Shown here: piece after piece, positions 18,850-37,117 of the stretch
Layout of the letters: every line of letters begins with the position of its first letter
Position numbering within the stretch: the first letter of the stretch is position 1
DNA from: the human T2T-CHM13v2.0 reference genome, Homo sapiens
Direction: 5' to 3' (one strand)
Assembly (NCBI RefSeq): GCF_009914755.1
Contig: NC_060935.1
DNA length: 64,000 nt
Notes under the pieces: model-generated
What the model was told of the DNA's origin: nothing
The model's input: the letters and a program-made list of their open reading frames with translations, nothing else
The model's database searches: none
Position numbers and translations under genes: made by a program

Positions 18850-20095
18850 TAGCCAGGATGGTCTCGATCTCCTGACCTCATGATCCACCTGCCTCGGTCC
18901 CCCAAAGTGCTGGGATTACAGGCGTGAGCCACTGCGCCAGACCACTCATAGACTTTTAATAAAGAATGTTCGGATAAATTAGATACATCCATATGTTATG
19001 CAGCTATTTTTGAATTAGATCGATACTTATTGACAATACATTCATGTCAAGTAAAAGAAATCAGAATGCAAAATAATGTATGTAAAATGACCCCATTTAA
19101 AAATAACAACAACAACAACAACAAAGAAATGCATACCTAAGTATACATGTCTTTGTGTGAGCATAGAGAAAGATGTGAAAGCATAATACAAAGCAGTTAA
19201 CACATTGATTACTCTTATGGGTGGAAGTGGTATGAAGTGGGGGAGTGACTCTTTATCACCTTTGTATTATTTTACTTTTTTTTTGATACTGGATCTTGTT
19301 TTGTTGCCCAGACTGGAGTGTAGTGGGTACAATCAAGGCTCACCGTATCTTTGACTTTCTGGGCTCAAGCTATCCTTCCACCTCAGCCTCTCGAGTATCT
19401 GGACTACAGGCATGTGCCACCACACCTGGCTAATTTTTTTTATTTTTTGTGAGACAAGATCTCTGTATGTTGCCTAGGCTGGACTCGAACTCCCGGACAC
19501 AGTGATCCTCCTGCCTTGGGTTCCCAAAGTACAAGGATTATAGGCATGAGCTACTGTGCCTGGCCTGTTTGACTTCTTATTTAAAAAAAAAAAAAAGTGT
19601 GCGTTTGTACATATGTATATCTGTGTGTATATGTGTGTGTGTATATATGTATGTATTTGTTGTTGTTAAAGAGTAAAACAAACAAAACCCATACATAATA
19701 AAGTAGAATCACAACAAAATGAAACAAGACAATATTTGTTGGATGTAACAGACCCTCCCTGGTACAAGAACACCTTTCTCAGCATTCTTGACAGGTGTTC
19801 ATTCAGCCTTTATTTGAACACCAGTAATGAAGAGCTTACTGCTTCACAAGGCAGTATATTTCATTTTTGAACAATTGCGATTGCTAGAAATTATTTTTCC
19901 TGTTGAGTTGAAATCTGCATTACTATAACTTTCTCCTTTAGGTCTGAATACTGGCTTTTGGAGCTACTCATCAACCACATTCTTTCAATTCAATTTGAAT
20001 TCACTAAAGTCAATACGTGAATTTGTGATAGTTGAAAATAACCTTTGCATCAAAAGAACTAACTTATTTTCTTTTTTATTTGTGTGCGACTGTAA

Positions 20096-20251
<156 letters not shown>

Positions 20252-21297
20252 TAACTGATGTTAAGAATAAAAACCCTGTGTGTATGTATATATGCATGAG
20301 GGGCCAGACCCGTTTGTATTTGTAGTTTCTTTCCCTTCGGTTTAATTTTTATTTGAAAAACAAGTGTACAAGTAAAAACTCTCCAATGACTTTAGCTTTT
20401 TCAGTATCAAACATTAGACTTAATAGAAAAAAGTTCAGAGATTTATTAAATACTTTGAAATAATAACAGTTAATTGTTGAGTCCCAAGTGTGGTCAAGAG
20501 TTCGATACGGGCTGGACGTAGCGGCTCACACCTATAATCCCAGCGCTTTGGGACACCAAGGTGGGAAGATTGCTTGAGGCCAGGAGTTTGAGACCAGCCT
20601 GAGCAACCTAGCAAGACCCCCTCTCTACAAAAAATATTAAAAAAAAATTAGCTGGTTGTGGTGGCACGTGGCTGTAGTCCTAGCTACTTGGGAGGCTGAG
20701 GTGGAAGAATCACTTGAGCCCAGGAGTTCCAGGCTGCAGTCAGCTGTGATTACGCCACTGCACTCCAGCTTGGGTGACAGAGCAAGACCTTGTCTCTTAA
20801 AAAAAAATTTTTTTTATATGAATCTAACACCGATCTCACTTTATAACCTGATATTTACAAGTTCAGACCATGGGACAGGCACAGTGGCTCACGCCTGTAA
20901 TCCCAGCACCTTGGGAGGCCGAGGCAGGTGGATCACGAGGTCAGGAGATCGAGACCATCCTGGCCAATATGGTGAAACCCCATCTCTACTAAAATACACA
21001 AAATTAGCCAGGCGTGGCGGCGTGCACCTGTAGTCTCAGCTACTCGGGAAGCTGAGGCAGGGGAATCGCTTGAATCCAGGAGGCAGGAGGCGGAGGTTGC
21101 AGTGAGCTGAGATCGTGCCACTGGACTTCAGCCTGGCAACAGAGTGAGACCCTGTCTCAAAAAAAAAAAAAAACAAAACAAAAAAAAACAAAGTTCAGAC
21201 CATGAGCATATTTTGAATGATTACATTTGTGTTATTCAGCATCCAAAGTAAATTTCAAACAGTAACATTGTAAGCTGTTTGTGAAAGAATTATTTAG

Positions 21298-21614
<317 letters not shown>

Positions 21615-22876
21615 TGATCCGCCTGCCTCGGCCTCCCAAAGTGCTGGGATTACAGGCATGAGCCACCGCGCCCAGCCAATTTTCTAAGTTTCTTAAAATG
21701 ACCTGTTTGGAAATCATAATAGCTGTGAATACTCGGTTGATTTTATTTAAATTCTACCAAAATGTTTTTTGTTTATCAAAAAAATTTTGGCTTTTGCTAA
21801 TGCGTCAGACTGCTGAGTTAGCAAGCTCATGTGCTGAATCATTTTCTGAGTCTCCAAGATAATAATTGTGAAGCTCAACATGAGGAATTGTGTTTGAGAG
21901 AGGGCTTGTAGACCAATCAGTTGTTCTGTTGAGAATCTAGTGATACTGAATGATTAGAAGGTGGGTCAGTTGTCTATAATGATAATTTTCCAGAAATTAT
22001 GAGGAGTGTACCTGGAATAGAACATTATCCCAGCCACTGTTAGTGATCAAAGCAGTTGCTCCCACCCCATGACATGGTCTCTGCCATTGTCTTCACAATC
22101 TGTGTGAGGAAGATGACCATAGGCATGTAGCAACTTAGCAGGAGATATTAAAGTGCAGAAACTGGGAAGATGAGTCTATAATGTTATTCTAAGCCCCGCA
22201 GAAAATTTCCTTTTGATGTGTGTTCTTTACATTCTTTTTTTTTTTGAGACAGTCTTGCTCTGTTGCCCAGGCTGGAGTGCAGTGGCGCAATCTCGGCTCA
22301 TGCAAGCTCCACCTCCCGGGTTCAAGTGATTCTTTTGCCTCAGTCACCTGAGTATCTGGGATTACAGGCGAGTGCCATCATGCCCAGATAATTTTTTAAA
22401 TTTTTTTATAGAGATGAGAATCTCACTCGTTGACCAGGCTAATCTCAAACTTCTGGCTTCAAGCGATCCACCTGCCTTGGCCTCCCAAAGTGCTGGGATT
22501 ACAGGTGTGAGCTACCGTGCCCAGCCTTTTTTTAATTTTTAATTTTTATTGTTTTTTACCTTCAACAAACTCACTTTTACTCTTTACATTCTTTATGTAA
22601 CTCTACTACCTTGTCCATCTGATTGAATTGCTACAGATGGTGATTGATACTAATAATTTTGGTGTTTGTGTTCTTGAAGATCCATTTTTTTTCTTTAAAT
22701 GTATATGTCACGGTGTGAGAATAATGTTTTCTGCCATTCTTTCTGTTAAATGTGGGGTTCAGTTTTCCGGAAGCAGGGGGAATGTCTCTTGTAGGTATCT
22801 TTGTTCTAGCAGTGGTGTAGGTTCTGCTTAGCATTCCATCATTCATAGGAACCGGGACACATAGATTTTGGTCATT

Positions 22877-23245
22877 ATATTATTCACCTTGGCCTGCCAT
22901 AACAGAATACCACTGACTACGTGGCTTAAACAGCAGAATATTTTACAGTTCTTGGAGGCTGGAAATCCGACATAAAGATGCTGGCAGGTTTGGTTTCTGG
23001 TGAGAATCTTTTCCTGGTTTGCCGACAGCTGCCTTCTTCTGGTCTCACATGGCTTTTGCGCTATGCATGCACATTCCTGGTGTCTCTTCCTCTTATAAGG
23101 ACACCAATTCTATTGGATTAGGTTCCCACTTTATGACTTCATTTAACCATAATTGCCTCCTTCAAGGCCCTGTATCCAAATACAATTACACTGGGGTTAG
23201 GGCTTCAAGATACGAGTTTTAAGGGGCACAATTCAGTCCATAACA
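22877..23245. mobile_element. MLT1 (MaLR) solo LTR
   Basis: ggcctgccataacagaatacc...ggaggctggaaatcc...cacaattcagtccataaca. Confidence 0.8.
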
Positions 23246-23893
23246 ATTGTATTTCCTGTTTATAGTGTTTTCATTCATTTGTTCAGCCAGCATTTATTGA
23301 GTATCTACTATGAGCCAGACAGTAGGGCCTGGAGAGTAAAAAGTCTTCAAAGAGATTACTGTTTATTGTGAGAGACATAGATAAACAGATGATTGCAAAA
23401 TAGTGTAATGATACCATGACAGTGGTGGTATGAAAGCATCTGAAAGAGGCATATAACCCATACTGGGTAGGGGGAGTCACAGAGGGCTTCCCAGGGAATA
23501 TCATTCCAGAACTGAGTCCTGAAAAATAAGGGGCAGAAGATAACCACCAAATGAAATGCATGATCCTTGGTTTGATCCTGAATTAAACAAAGTATAATTA
23601 TAGGACATTTTGGAATAATTGGGAAAATTTCAATAGTGACTACGTGTTAAGTAATACTGTGTCAGTGTTATGTATTTTGGGTGTATAAACCCATGTTGTT
23701 GAAAAAAGTTTAAGAAATTAAAAAAATATTTTACATGTGATTATGACATTGTTTCATTATGTAGAAGGATGTTCTTGTTCATAAGAGATACTTGCTGAAG
23801 TTTTAGGAGTTAAGTGTCATGATGTAAATGTGGCAAAAAAAATGCAACAACTGGTAAATTTAGATGACAGGTAGACATTCATTTTATTATTTT

Positions 23894-24912
23894 TATTTAT
23901 TTATTTATTTATTATTTTTTTTTAATTTTTTTTTTTTATTGATCATTCTTGGGTGTTTCTCGCAGAGGGGGATTTGGCAGGGTCACAGGACAATAGTGGA
24001 GGGAAGGTCAGCAGATAAACAAGTGAACAAAGGTCTCTGGTTTTCCTAGGCAGAGGACCCTGCGGCCTTCCGCAGTGTTTGTGTCCCTGGGTACTTGAGA
24101 TTAGGGAGTGGTGATGACTCTTAACGAGCATGCTGCCTTCAAGCATCTGTTTAACAAAGCACATCTTGCACCGCCCTTAATCCATTCAACCCTGAGTGGA
24201 TACAGCACATGTTTCAGAGAGCACAGGGTTGGGGGTAAGGTCACAGATCAACAGGATCCCAAGGCAGAAGAATTTTTCTTAGTACAGAACAAAATGAAAA
24301 GTCTCCCATGTCTACCTCTTTCTACACAGACACGGCAACCATCCAATTTCTCAATCTTTTCCCCACCTTTCCCCCCTTTCTATTCCACAAAACCGCCATT
24401 GTCATCATGGCCCGTTCTCAACGAGCTGTTGGGTACACCTCCCAGACGGGGTGGTGGCCTGGCAGAGGGGCTCCTCACTTCCCAGTAGGGGCGGCCGGGC
24501 AGAGGCGCCCCGCACCTCCCGGACGGGGCGGCTGGCCGGGCGGGGGGCTGACCCCCCCACCTCCCTCCCGGACGGGGCGGCTGGCCGGGCAGGGGGCTGA
24601 CCCCCCAACCTCCCTCCCGGACGGGGCGGCTGGCCGGGCGGGGGGCTGACCCCCCCACCTCCCTCCGGGACGGGGCGGCTGGCCGGGCAGAGGGGCTCCT
24701 CACTTCCCAGTAGGGGCGGCCGGGCAGAGGCGCCCCTCACCTCCCGGACGGGGCGGCTGGCCGGGCGGGGGGCTGACCCCCCCACCTCCCTCCCGGACGG
24801 GGCGGCTGGCCTGGCGGGGGGCTGACCCCCCCACCTCCCTCCCGGACGGGGCGGCTGGCCGGGCGGGGGGCTGACCCCCCCACCTCCCTCCCGGACGGGG
24901 CGGCTGGCCGGG
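23894..24912 (-). mobile_element. SVA retrotransposon, 5'-truncated (poly-A, SINE-R, VNTR), young D-F type
   Basis: Poly-T, then SINE-R (gatcattcttgggtgtttctcgcagagggg...), then GC-rich VNTR units; TSD tcattttattatttt at 23879-23893 and 24913-24927. Confidence 0.96.
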
Positions 24913-25766
24913 TCATTTTATTATTTTATTAACTTTTTCTTGGTTTGAAATTTTCGAAGAAAAAGTAGCAGGGGTCAGGGTAGGTATAGGGAAGAATTAG
25001 CCAGGCAACAAATGAAGGAAAAGACACTGCCGGCAGGGGGCTCAGAGATGTGAGAGAAAAGCAAGCAAGACGTGAAGTGGGGGAGTGAGGCCAGATCAGA
25101 AAGGCTTTTATACTGTGTTAAGGAGTTTGGGTTTTTCCATGATAGAGATATTGAAGGATTTTAAGGGAGGAGAGTATCAAATGATACAATTTGCATTTTA
25201 TTTTTATTTTATTTTACTTTTTCATTTTTTGAGACAGAGTCTCACTCTGTTGCCCAGGCAGGAGTGCAGTGGCACGATCTTGGCTCACTGCAACCTCCAC
25301 TTCCTGTGTTCAAGTGATTCTCCTGCCTCAGCCTCCTGAGTAGCTGGAACTACAGGCCTGTGCCACCACGCCCGACTAATTTTTGTATTTTTAGTAGAGA
25401 CGAGGTTTCACCATGTTGGCCAGGCTAGTCTTGAACACCTGACCTCAAGTGATGTGCCCGCCTTGGCCTCCCAAAGTTCTGGGATTACAGGTGTGAGCCA
25501 TCCTGCCTGGCCTATGATTTGCATTTTCAGTAGATTACTTGGGCAGTTGGAAAATGGATTGGATTAGTGTATTTGACCAGTTAGGAGACTTATCTTGTCA
25601 GAGCCTAGGTTAGCATAATTATGGCTGAAACTAAAGTAGTGCCAGTGGGAATGAGAGAAGTGAACACATTTGTAAGACATTTAGGGGCAGCACTGATCAA
25701 TGTGGGTAGACAGGGTTGAGTTAGGGATAACTCCCATATTTCTGGCTTGGAAAATTAGGGAAATAA

Positions 25767-26069
<303 letters not shown>

Positions 26070-26899
26070 TAGCCAGGATGGTCTCGCTCTCCTGACCTCC
26101 TGTTCCGCCCGCCTTGGCCTCCCAAAGTGCTGGGATTACAGGCATGAGCCGCCTCACCTGGCCTGAAATTTTTTTTAATGTTTTATTCTTTTAGTGCCAT
26201 ATATCTGGTAATTATTTGATAAGTGTTTATTCTATCACTGGATTGGAAATTAAGGGAATTTCACATTAATATTAATTAAAGATGAATTTACTTAATAGAA
26301 ATCTGCTAAGTGCTTTGTACTATTTGAAGGTAGTCACTATGTATTTCAATGTAATTATAATTTTTTTATTTTTAGAAACAGGATCTCACTCTGTTGGCCC
26401 AGCTAGAGTGTAGTGGTACAGTCATGGCTCACTAAAGCCTTGAACTCCTGAGCTCAAGCCATCCTCCTGCCTCAGCTTCCCAAGTAGCTGGGACTACAGG
26501 TGTGCACCACCATGCCCATCTAAGTTTTTCTGTTTTGTAGAGACTGGATCTCAGTTTGTTGGCCAGGCTGATCTCAAACTCCTGCCCTTGACCTCTCAAA
26601 ATTTTAGGATTACAGGCGTGAACCACTGTGCCTGGTCTAATTATAATTTTTAAAGGAGACAAACTGAATTTACCAAAGTGTAAAAGATCAAATATTTAGT
26701 TTAGTCATGTATTTGATTTTTTTTCTCCTGGACACCTGGCTGCTTTGTCCTGGAAATTGTCTTGCTTTTGCAGGGATAATTTCTAGTTCTCAGCTTTTAT
26801 CCTTCAGGTTATTGCTGGCATTAGAAAGGTGAGGTTTCCCTGTTAGTGCTCTTCCAGTGCAGAACCTCTTTTAAGCTCCCTACCTTTAACAGTGACTTA

Positions 26900-27115
<216 letters not shown>

Positions 27116-27378
27116 TTAAAAGACATAATTGATTTATATTTTCATGGATGTAGCTTTGGACAAGGAGCATAAAAACTGCAATATCAAGCAATATTTTTCT
27201 TCTTTAAAAAAAATTCTCTGAACTTGCCTGATCAATTCATAGGATAGGTAAGTAGCAGATTAAGGGAGTTATTCATTGGAAGCATCACTCTGGGTGTAAT
27301 ATAAGAGTCTATGTTGGCTGGGCACAGTAGCTTGTGCCTGTAATCCCAGCACTTTGGGAGGCCGAGTGGGGCAGATCA

Positions 27379-27649
<271 letters not shown>

Positions 27650-27987
27650 TCACACATGTAATCCTAGCCCTTGAATGTACTTGAATGTCCCACTCAAGTG
27701 TCCTTCTGACTTTGTCTTATTCCCAATAAATTTACACTTTGACCGTATCAAGATCTCTTTCTTGTTCAGTGACCCCTCACTCCATTTCCTTTGAGTCTGT
27801 CAACTCCCTGGAAGTATTTCTTTCCATAGCCAGCCTAGACTTATGGTCTGTTACTGGATTTACTTGCTTACCATTACCATCAATTCTCTTGGTGCCTTGT
27901 TCTTTTCATTTTATTTTCCTGTATTACTCCAGTCCTGAGTCAAGTCAGCCACCTGACCTCTTCGTTCTTCTTCTTTTTTTTTTTTGA

Positions 27988-28095
<108 letters not shown>

Positions 28096-28880
28096 TAGCT
28101 GGGATTACAGGCACCCACCACCATGCCCGGCTAATTTTTTATATTTTTATTAGAGACGGGGTTTCATCATTGTTGGCCAGGATGGTTTTGAACTTCTGAC
28201 CTCAAGTGATCCACCTGCCTCGGCCTCCCAAAGTGCTCAGATTATAGGCTTGAGCCACTGCGCCTAGCCCACCTCTTCATTCTTACACCTGGGCTGCTGA
28301 GTGCTGCTGGAGAAAATCACACAACTGTGTGTCTTGGGGCCAGAATACATTTATGACTTACAACATCACCTGGATCCTCAGATGTATTTTTAGTAGAGAC
28401 AAGGTTTCACCATGTTGGCCAGGCTAGTCTTGAACTCCTCTTCCTCAGAGGTCTATCCCAAATTTAAATCTCTCTTTCTAAACTTCCTGTCTCCACCATT
28501 TCTCTTCTTACCCTTAGCAGATGATCTTGTCTTTTATTTCTCAGAAACAAGGTGTCATCAATGGAAACTTCCCTCAGTTTTCTAACCATCAGCAGAGGCA
28601 TTCTTCCTTTCTTCCTGTCCTTGTATCTGAGTCTATAATTCTACCTGTGTGTGCATCCCACTCCCTTTTGCTTCTGCTATTTCTCCATAGATGACTCCAC
28701 TTTTTCCTCTAGTGTGTAAGCTGAATACTGGGGCCATCCTAAATTCCCCTCTTAGCCCTTTCCATCACATGCACTTTACTATGTCTTGTAGGTGCCCTTA
28801 TTTTTGTTCTTTTTACAATTTCATTGTCAATATTCAATATAATTTCTTGTTTTTATTCTTTAATTTTTTTTTCTTCGTAG

Positions 28881-29100
<220 letters not shown>

Positions 29101-29632
29101 TCAAGTTCTCTTTAGTTTTCGTAGAGTACCAAGGTGGGCTCCTAAACTTTCTTTGCTTCCTGCCTGCCTCCTTTCTCATTGTCTAATTCACTGCTACCAT
29201 TGAAATCATTCCAAGATACAAATCTGATAATGTCATTTCCCTGCTTAAATTTTTTCATAGTTCTGTATAGTATTTAGGGTAAAGTTTTAACCCTTTACTT
29301 AGTATAAGAGGCCTTCAGTTACCTCTTTCACATTTATGTCTCTAGGTATGACCTTATTACTTGCCCACACAACCGTGCTGGTTTATACCTAACTACTATA
29401 TGCAGTATTCTGAACGTACTTAAAACTCAGCCTGTGCCACCTGCTCTAGAAAGCTTTCCCAGACACTCTCCCTCCCTCCCCTTTACACACCCTGACTGAC
29501 TAATATAGCTAATCCTCCTCTTCACTCACCTAGCATGTTGTGTATACTGCTATCATAACACTTCTTCGTGGCCTTTTTTGTTTACTTAACTGCTTTCACC
29601 ATTATATAGTTAGCTTCTTGAGGACAACTGTT

Positions 29633-30192
29633 TTGATTAGCTGTCACTGTGTAAAAATACCACTGTAAAAGTTAATATCTTGAAACAATAGTATTTTATT
29701 ATTTCTCACAATTCTTTGGGTGGATTGCTTCTCAGATGGATGGTTCTGTTGGCCTTGTTTGGAGTCATTCATGTGGCTCCGGTCAGGTTGTGGCTGGGGC
29801 TAGGATATCCAACATGGCTTCATTCATATCCCTGGCACATTGTGGGGGACTCCTGGAAAGCTGAGCTCAGCTGGAACATTGGGATGCCATGCTTTTCTCA
29901 TTCTCACTCTTGCCATATAGTCTCGGGGCTTTTCCCTCTCCAGGTGGTCTTTCCAGCAGATGAGCCAGATTTCTTACATGGTAGCCCAGAGCTCTGAGTT
30001 CCAAAGCAGAAGCTGCCAGGCTCTCTTAAGGCTTAGATTTTGAACCAGTACAGTGCTAGTTCTGTGACATTCTGTTGGTCAATATGAGTCACAGGACTAA
30101 CCCAGATTTGTGTGGGAAAGGACTACACAGAATGTGATCACTAGGAGGCTTGGTTCATTGGGAGGGGCTCATCTTTGGAGACTTGCTACTAC
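29633..30192. mobile_element. Old MLT1-type LTR
   Basis: tatttctcacaattct...agaagctgccaggctctcttaaggc...atctttggagacttgctactaca. Confidence 0.65.
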
Positions 30193-32361
30193 AGCAAGTA
30201 GCACATTTCACTTTTTCTGCTTAGTATATAGTAATATCTTCTAGATATGGGAAATAATAAAAGTTACACAAATAAGAGATACATAATTAAAGATCTTTTA
30301 GAAATATTTAGGATGAGTTGTAGGGAGAGACAGAGACTGGGACATCAGCCAGTACACTCTTTGCAATAAAGTGAGTATAATTATAAGAATCATTATGGCC
30401 TGCCGCAGTGGCTCACATGCCTATAATCCCAGCTCTTTGGGAGGCCAAAGTAGGAGGATTACTTGAGCGCAGGAGTTCGAGACCAGCCTGGGCAACATGG
30501 CGAAATCCCATCTCTACAAAAAATACAGAAATTAGCTGGGCATGTTGGTGTGTGCCTGTAGTCCCACTACTTGGGGGGCAGAGGTGGGAGGATTGCTTGA
30601 GCTCAGAAGGTCAAGGTTGTAATGAGCCATGACTGTGCCACTGCACTCCAGCCTGGGCAACAGAGTGAGATCCTGTCTCAAAAAAATCATTATCAGACTA
30701 GTGGTGGAATGAAATGAAATGGAAAAGAAATGGATTCAGGAAGAATTGTCTGATTATTTTGAGAAACAAAACAGAAAAAGTAAAAAATAACATCACCGTT
30801 GGAATTCTTGTTCTCAATTTTGAGGGTGAAGTCATACATTTGATGATATGGGACATTCAAGTACTCAGTAGGTCATTGGAAATGAGAGACTTGAATGTAG
30901 AAGAGATGCTCTGTCTTGATTGAGAGTTGACAACATAGAGACGATAGTTACAATGGAAGGGAATTTTTGGTGGGAAAATAGAGAAGGGCTTAGTACTACA
31001 CTCTGAGTTATACTTACAGTTTGGGAGTAGAAGTAAGTAGGAAAGACAAAAAGAATAATGAGAGAAAGAAAGGGAAATAGTTTAGAATAGTAGTATGCAT
31101 TTTCCAAAGGAAGAGGATGCTTAATAGTATTAGAATCTGCAGGGAAATAAATGAGAACCAAGTCTGAATAATACTAATTGGTAATTGTTGAGTGTTGTGA
31201 TGCTATTCAGTAATCAACTGGGATTTTTAGGCAAAGGAATTAAATTACTGGATTTACTTCTCCCCTAATATTTTGTTATGAAAATTTTCAAACATTGAGA
31301 GAAGCTGAAAGTATTGTACATTAACACTGACCACCTGGATTCAACAATTAATATTCTACTACAGTTGTTTTTGTCAGCCTTTCCATCTGTCATGCCTCTA
31401 TCTATTCATCAATCTGTCTTTTCTTTTTCTTTTTTTTTTTTCTTTTTTTGAGACAGAGTCTCGCTCTGTCGCCAGGCTGGAGCGCTCACTGCAACCTTTG
31501 CCTTCCAGGTTCAAGCAATTCTCCTGCCTCAGCCTCCCTAGTAGCAGGGACTACAGGTGCATGCCACCACACCCAGCTGATTTTTGTATTTTTAGTAGAG
31601 ATGGGGTTTCACCATGTTGGCCAGGATGGTCTCAATCTCTTGATGTCATGATCCACCCACTCGGCCTCCCAAAGTGCTGGGATTTACAGGCGTGAGCCAC
31701 CACGCCCAGCCCCGTCTTTTCTTTTTCGTTGAGAGGAGACACCACACGAGGTCTTATTTTTTCTTTCTTTTTTTTTATCTGAGGTCTTATTTTTTCATTG
31801 CATATCAGAATAAGTTGCAGTCATCAGTAACTTTGCCCCTGAACATATATACATGTACATAATTAATTAGAGTTTAATATTATTTATTTGCATTTTTGGG
31901 TAATAAAATGTATATGCAGTTAAATATACAAATCTTTTTTTTTTCTTTTTTCACTTAGCAAGTCCACTGGTTGAAAAATACATAAATCTTAAGGGAACCA
32001 TTCAGTGAGTTTTGACAAATGTATGCACTTGAGTAATTCAGACCCCATCAAGATATATAAAATACATTACTGTTAAACCTGAAAGTTCACTCTTGTGCCT
32101 TCTCAGTCAGTCCCTGCCCCCACTCTCCCCAAACCAACCATTGTTGTGGTTTTTTACCATAGTTTAGTTCTGCATGTTCCAGTGCTTCACATAAATGGAA
32201 TCAATCTTATACAGTGTACTCTTTTGTATCAGAATTATTTCTTTCGGCAGAATGCTTTTAATATTCATGTTGTCCGTTTTTACTGTGTTTATTCTATTTT
32301 ATTTTATTTATTTATTTTTGAGAATGAGTTTCACTCTGTCGTCCAAGCTGGAGTGCAGTGA

Positions 32362-32538
<177 letters not shown>

Positions 32539-33471
32539 TGAGCTGCCTGCCTCGGCCTCCCAAAGTGCTGGGATTATAGGCGTGAGCTACCGTGCCCGGC
32601 TTTATTGTTGAATAGTGTTCCTCTTACTAATGTATTGGAGTTTGTTTATTCATTCTGCTGTTGATGATCATGTAGTAGTTTCCAGATTTTGACTGTTAAT
32701 GAATAAAGCTGCTATGAACACTCAAGTGCAAGTCATAAAGACTTCAAACATATTCTTTTATTTCTCTTAGGTAGATTCCTAGCATAATCTGCTGGGTTGT
32801 AGGGTAGATGTATGAACAGTTTTATAAGAAATGGCCAGATATGCTTCCAAATTGCATATACCATTTTACACTCTGTCAACCATATATGAGAGTTCTGGTT
32901 GCTTCACATCTTTGCTATTCAAGGGCTTGCATAGTGGTATTTCATTGTGTGTGTTTTTTATTTTTTAGAGATTGCAGATGGTTTGAATCATTGTGGTTTT
33001 AATATCCCTAATGACTAATGATGGTATCTCTTTTTCTACTTGCTTATTGGCCGTTTGTATATTTTATTTTGGGAAGTGTCTAACTTTTTTATTCCTTTTC
33101 TTGGGGGGTTGAGTTTTTGAGTTTTTATTGTTGTGTAGTAGAAGTTCTTTTTGTATTTTGAATATAAGTCCTTTGTCAGATATATGTTATGTAAAAATTT
33201 TCTTCTGCCCTCTTACATGACTGTTTACTTTTTAATTGCATTTTTGGTGAAATAATGTCTAATTCATTAAAACTTTTCTTTTATAGTTAGTGCTTTCTCT
33301 GTCTCCTCTAAGTTACCTTTGCCCACCCTGAAGTAGCAAAGATGTTCTCCTGTATTTTGTTATGGACGCTTTATCATTTTAACTTTTATATTCATGTCTC
33401 TGATCCATCTCAAATTCTTTGATTTTTTTTTTTTTCTCCCCCTGGGAGGCACAACATTGGAATGTGTGTTT

Positions 33472-33635
33472 GTTTTTTTATAGACGAGGTCTCACTATGA
33501 TGCCCAGGTTGGAGTGCAGTGGCTATTCACAGGTGCAGTCATAGCTCACTGTAGCCTTGAACTCCTGGCCTCAAGCAATCCTTCTGTCTCAGCCTCCCAA
33601 GTAGCTGGGACTACAGCCATGTACCACCACACTCT
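33472..33635 (-). mobile_element. FAM-type fossil Alu monomer (7SL-derived)
   Basis: Retains the 7SL motif gtggctattcacagg, absent from dimeric Alus. Confidence 0.7.
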
Positions 33636-34015
33636 TCAAATTAATTTTTGTGTATGGTGAGAAGTAAAGGTTGAGGTTCATTTTTTCCATGTAGATATCC
33701 AGTTGTTCCAGCACCATTTATCGAAAAGACTTTCCTTTCCCTATTTGATTGCTTGGCACTTTTGCCAAAAACCAAATGACGGTATGAGTCACTTGTATGA
33801 ATAGTAGGTGTAATTCTGAATACTATTCTATTGTGTTGATATACTTGTCTATATACTACATTACACTGTCTGCTGGGCATGGTGGCTCATGCCTGTAATC
33901 CCAGCACTTTGGGAAGTCAAATCACTTGAAATCAAGAGTTTGAGACCAGCCTGGGTGACACAGTGAGACCTAGTCTCTATTTCTTTTTTTTTTTTCTTTT
34001 TCCTTTTTTATTTGA

Positions 34016-34177
<162 letters not shown>

Positions 34178-34238
34178 TAGTAGAGACGGGGTTTCTCCAT
34201 GTTGGTCAGGCTGGTCTCGAACTCCCGACCTCAGGTGA

Positions 34239-34667
<429 letters not shown>

Positions 34668-34757
34668 TTATTATATCTTTATCATAAGTCATGAAATCAG
34701 ATAATACAAGGTCTTCTACTTTTTTTCAAGACATTCTAGGTCCTTTGCATATTCTAG

Positions 34758-34994
<237 letters not shown>

Positions 34995-35352
34995 TAGACT
35001 CAAGCAGTCGGCCCGCCTCAACCTCCCAAAATGCTGGGATTACAGGCGTGAGCCACCGTACCTGGCCTCATGTATTTTAGAATCAGTTTGCCAGTTTCTA
35101 CAAAAAAAGATAAAACTGGTAGGAACATATATCAACTTGGGAAAAATTGACATCTTAACAATATTAAATCTTCTAATTCATAAATATGAAATATCTTTTT
35201 GTTGATTTAGGTCTTTATCTCAGCAACATTTTATTGTTTTCAGTGTACAGATCTTGCACATTTTTCTTTAAACTTATTCCTAAATATTTTATGTTCTTTG
35301 ATGCTATTGTAAATGAAATTAAGAATTTTTTAAAATTTTTAATTGCTGTTAA

Positions 35353-35760
<408 letters not shown>

Positions 35761-36154
35761 TAAACAGTCATGGTATCTCTGAGTACACACAGTTTTGTCT
35801 TCCTTTCAAACCCTTAAACCTTTTATTTCTTATAAATATTATTGCACTGGCTAGGACCTCCAGTACAATATTGAATAGAAGTGGTAAAGTAGATATCTTT
35901 GCCTTGTTCCTGCTCTTAGAAGATAAGTCTTTAATATTTTACCATTAAGTTTGATGCTGACTATAGGTTTTTTGTGTATGCCTTTTGTCAAATAGAAGAA
36001 GTTACATTCTATTTCTAATTATCTGAGACTTATTAAAATGAATGGGTACTTCATTTTGTCAAATGCTTTTTCTGCATATTTATAAATTATTGGCTGGGCT
36101 CAGTGGCTCATGCCTGTAATCCCAGCACTTTGGGAGGCCGAGGCGGGTGGATTA

Positions 36155-36782
<628 letters not shown>

Positions 36783-36790
36783 TGAGATAA

Positions 36791-37117
<327 letters not shown>

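Noticed and set aside
24108-24785. ORFs and ~40-50-bp repeats resembling a CRISPR array or repeat protein
   Set aside because: SVA SINE-R and VNTR; tandem units without unique spacers.
33472-33635. Possible 7SL RNA gene
   Set aside because: Lacks the S domain; fits a fossil Alu monomer.
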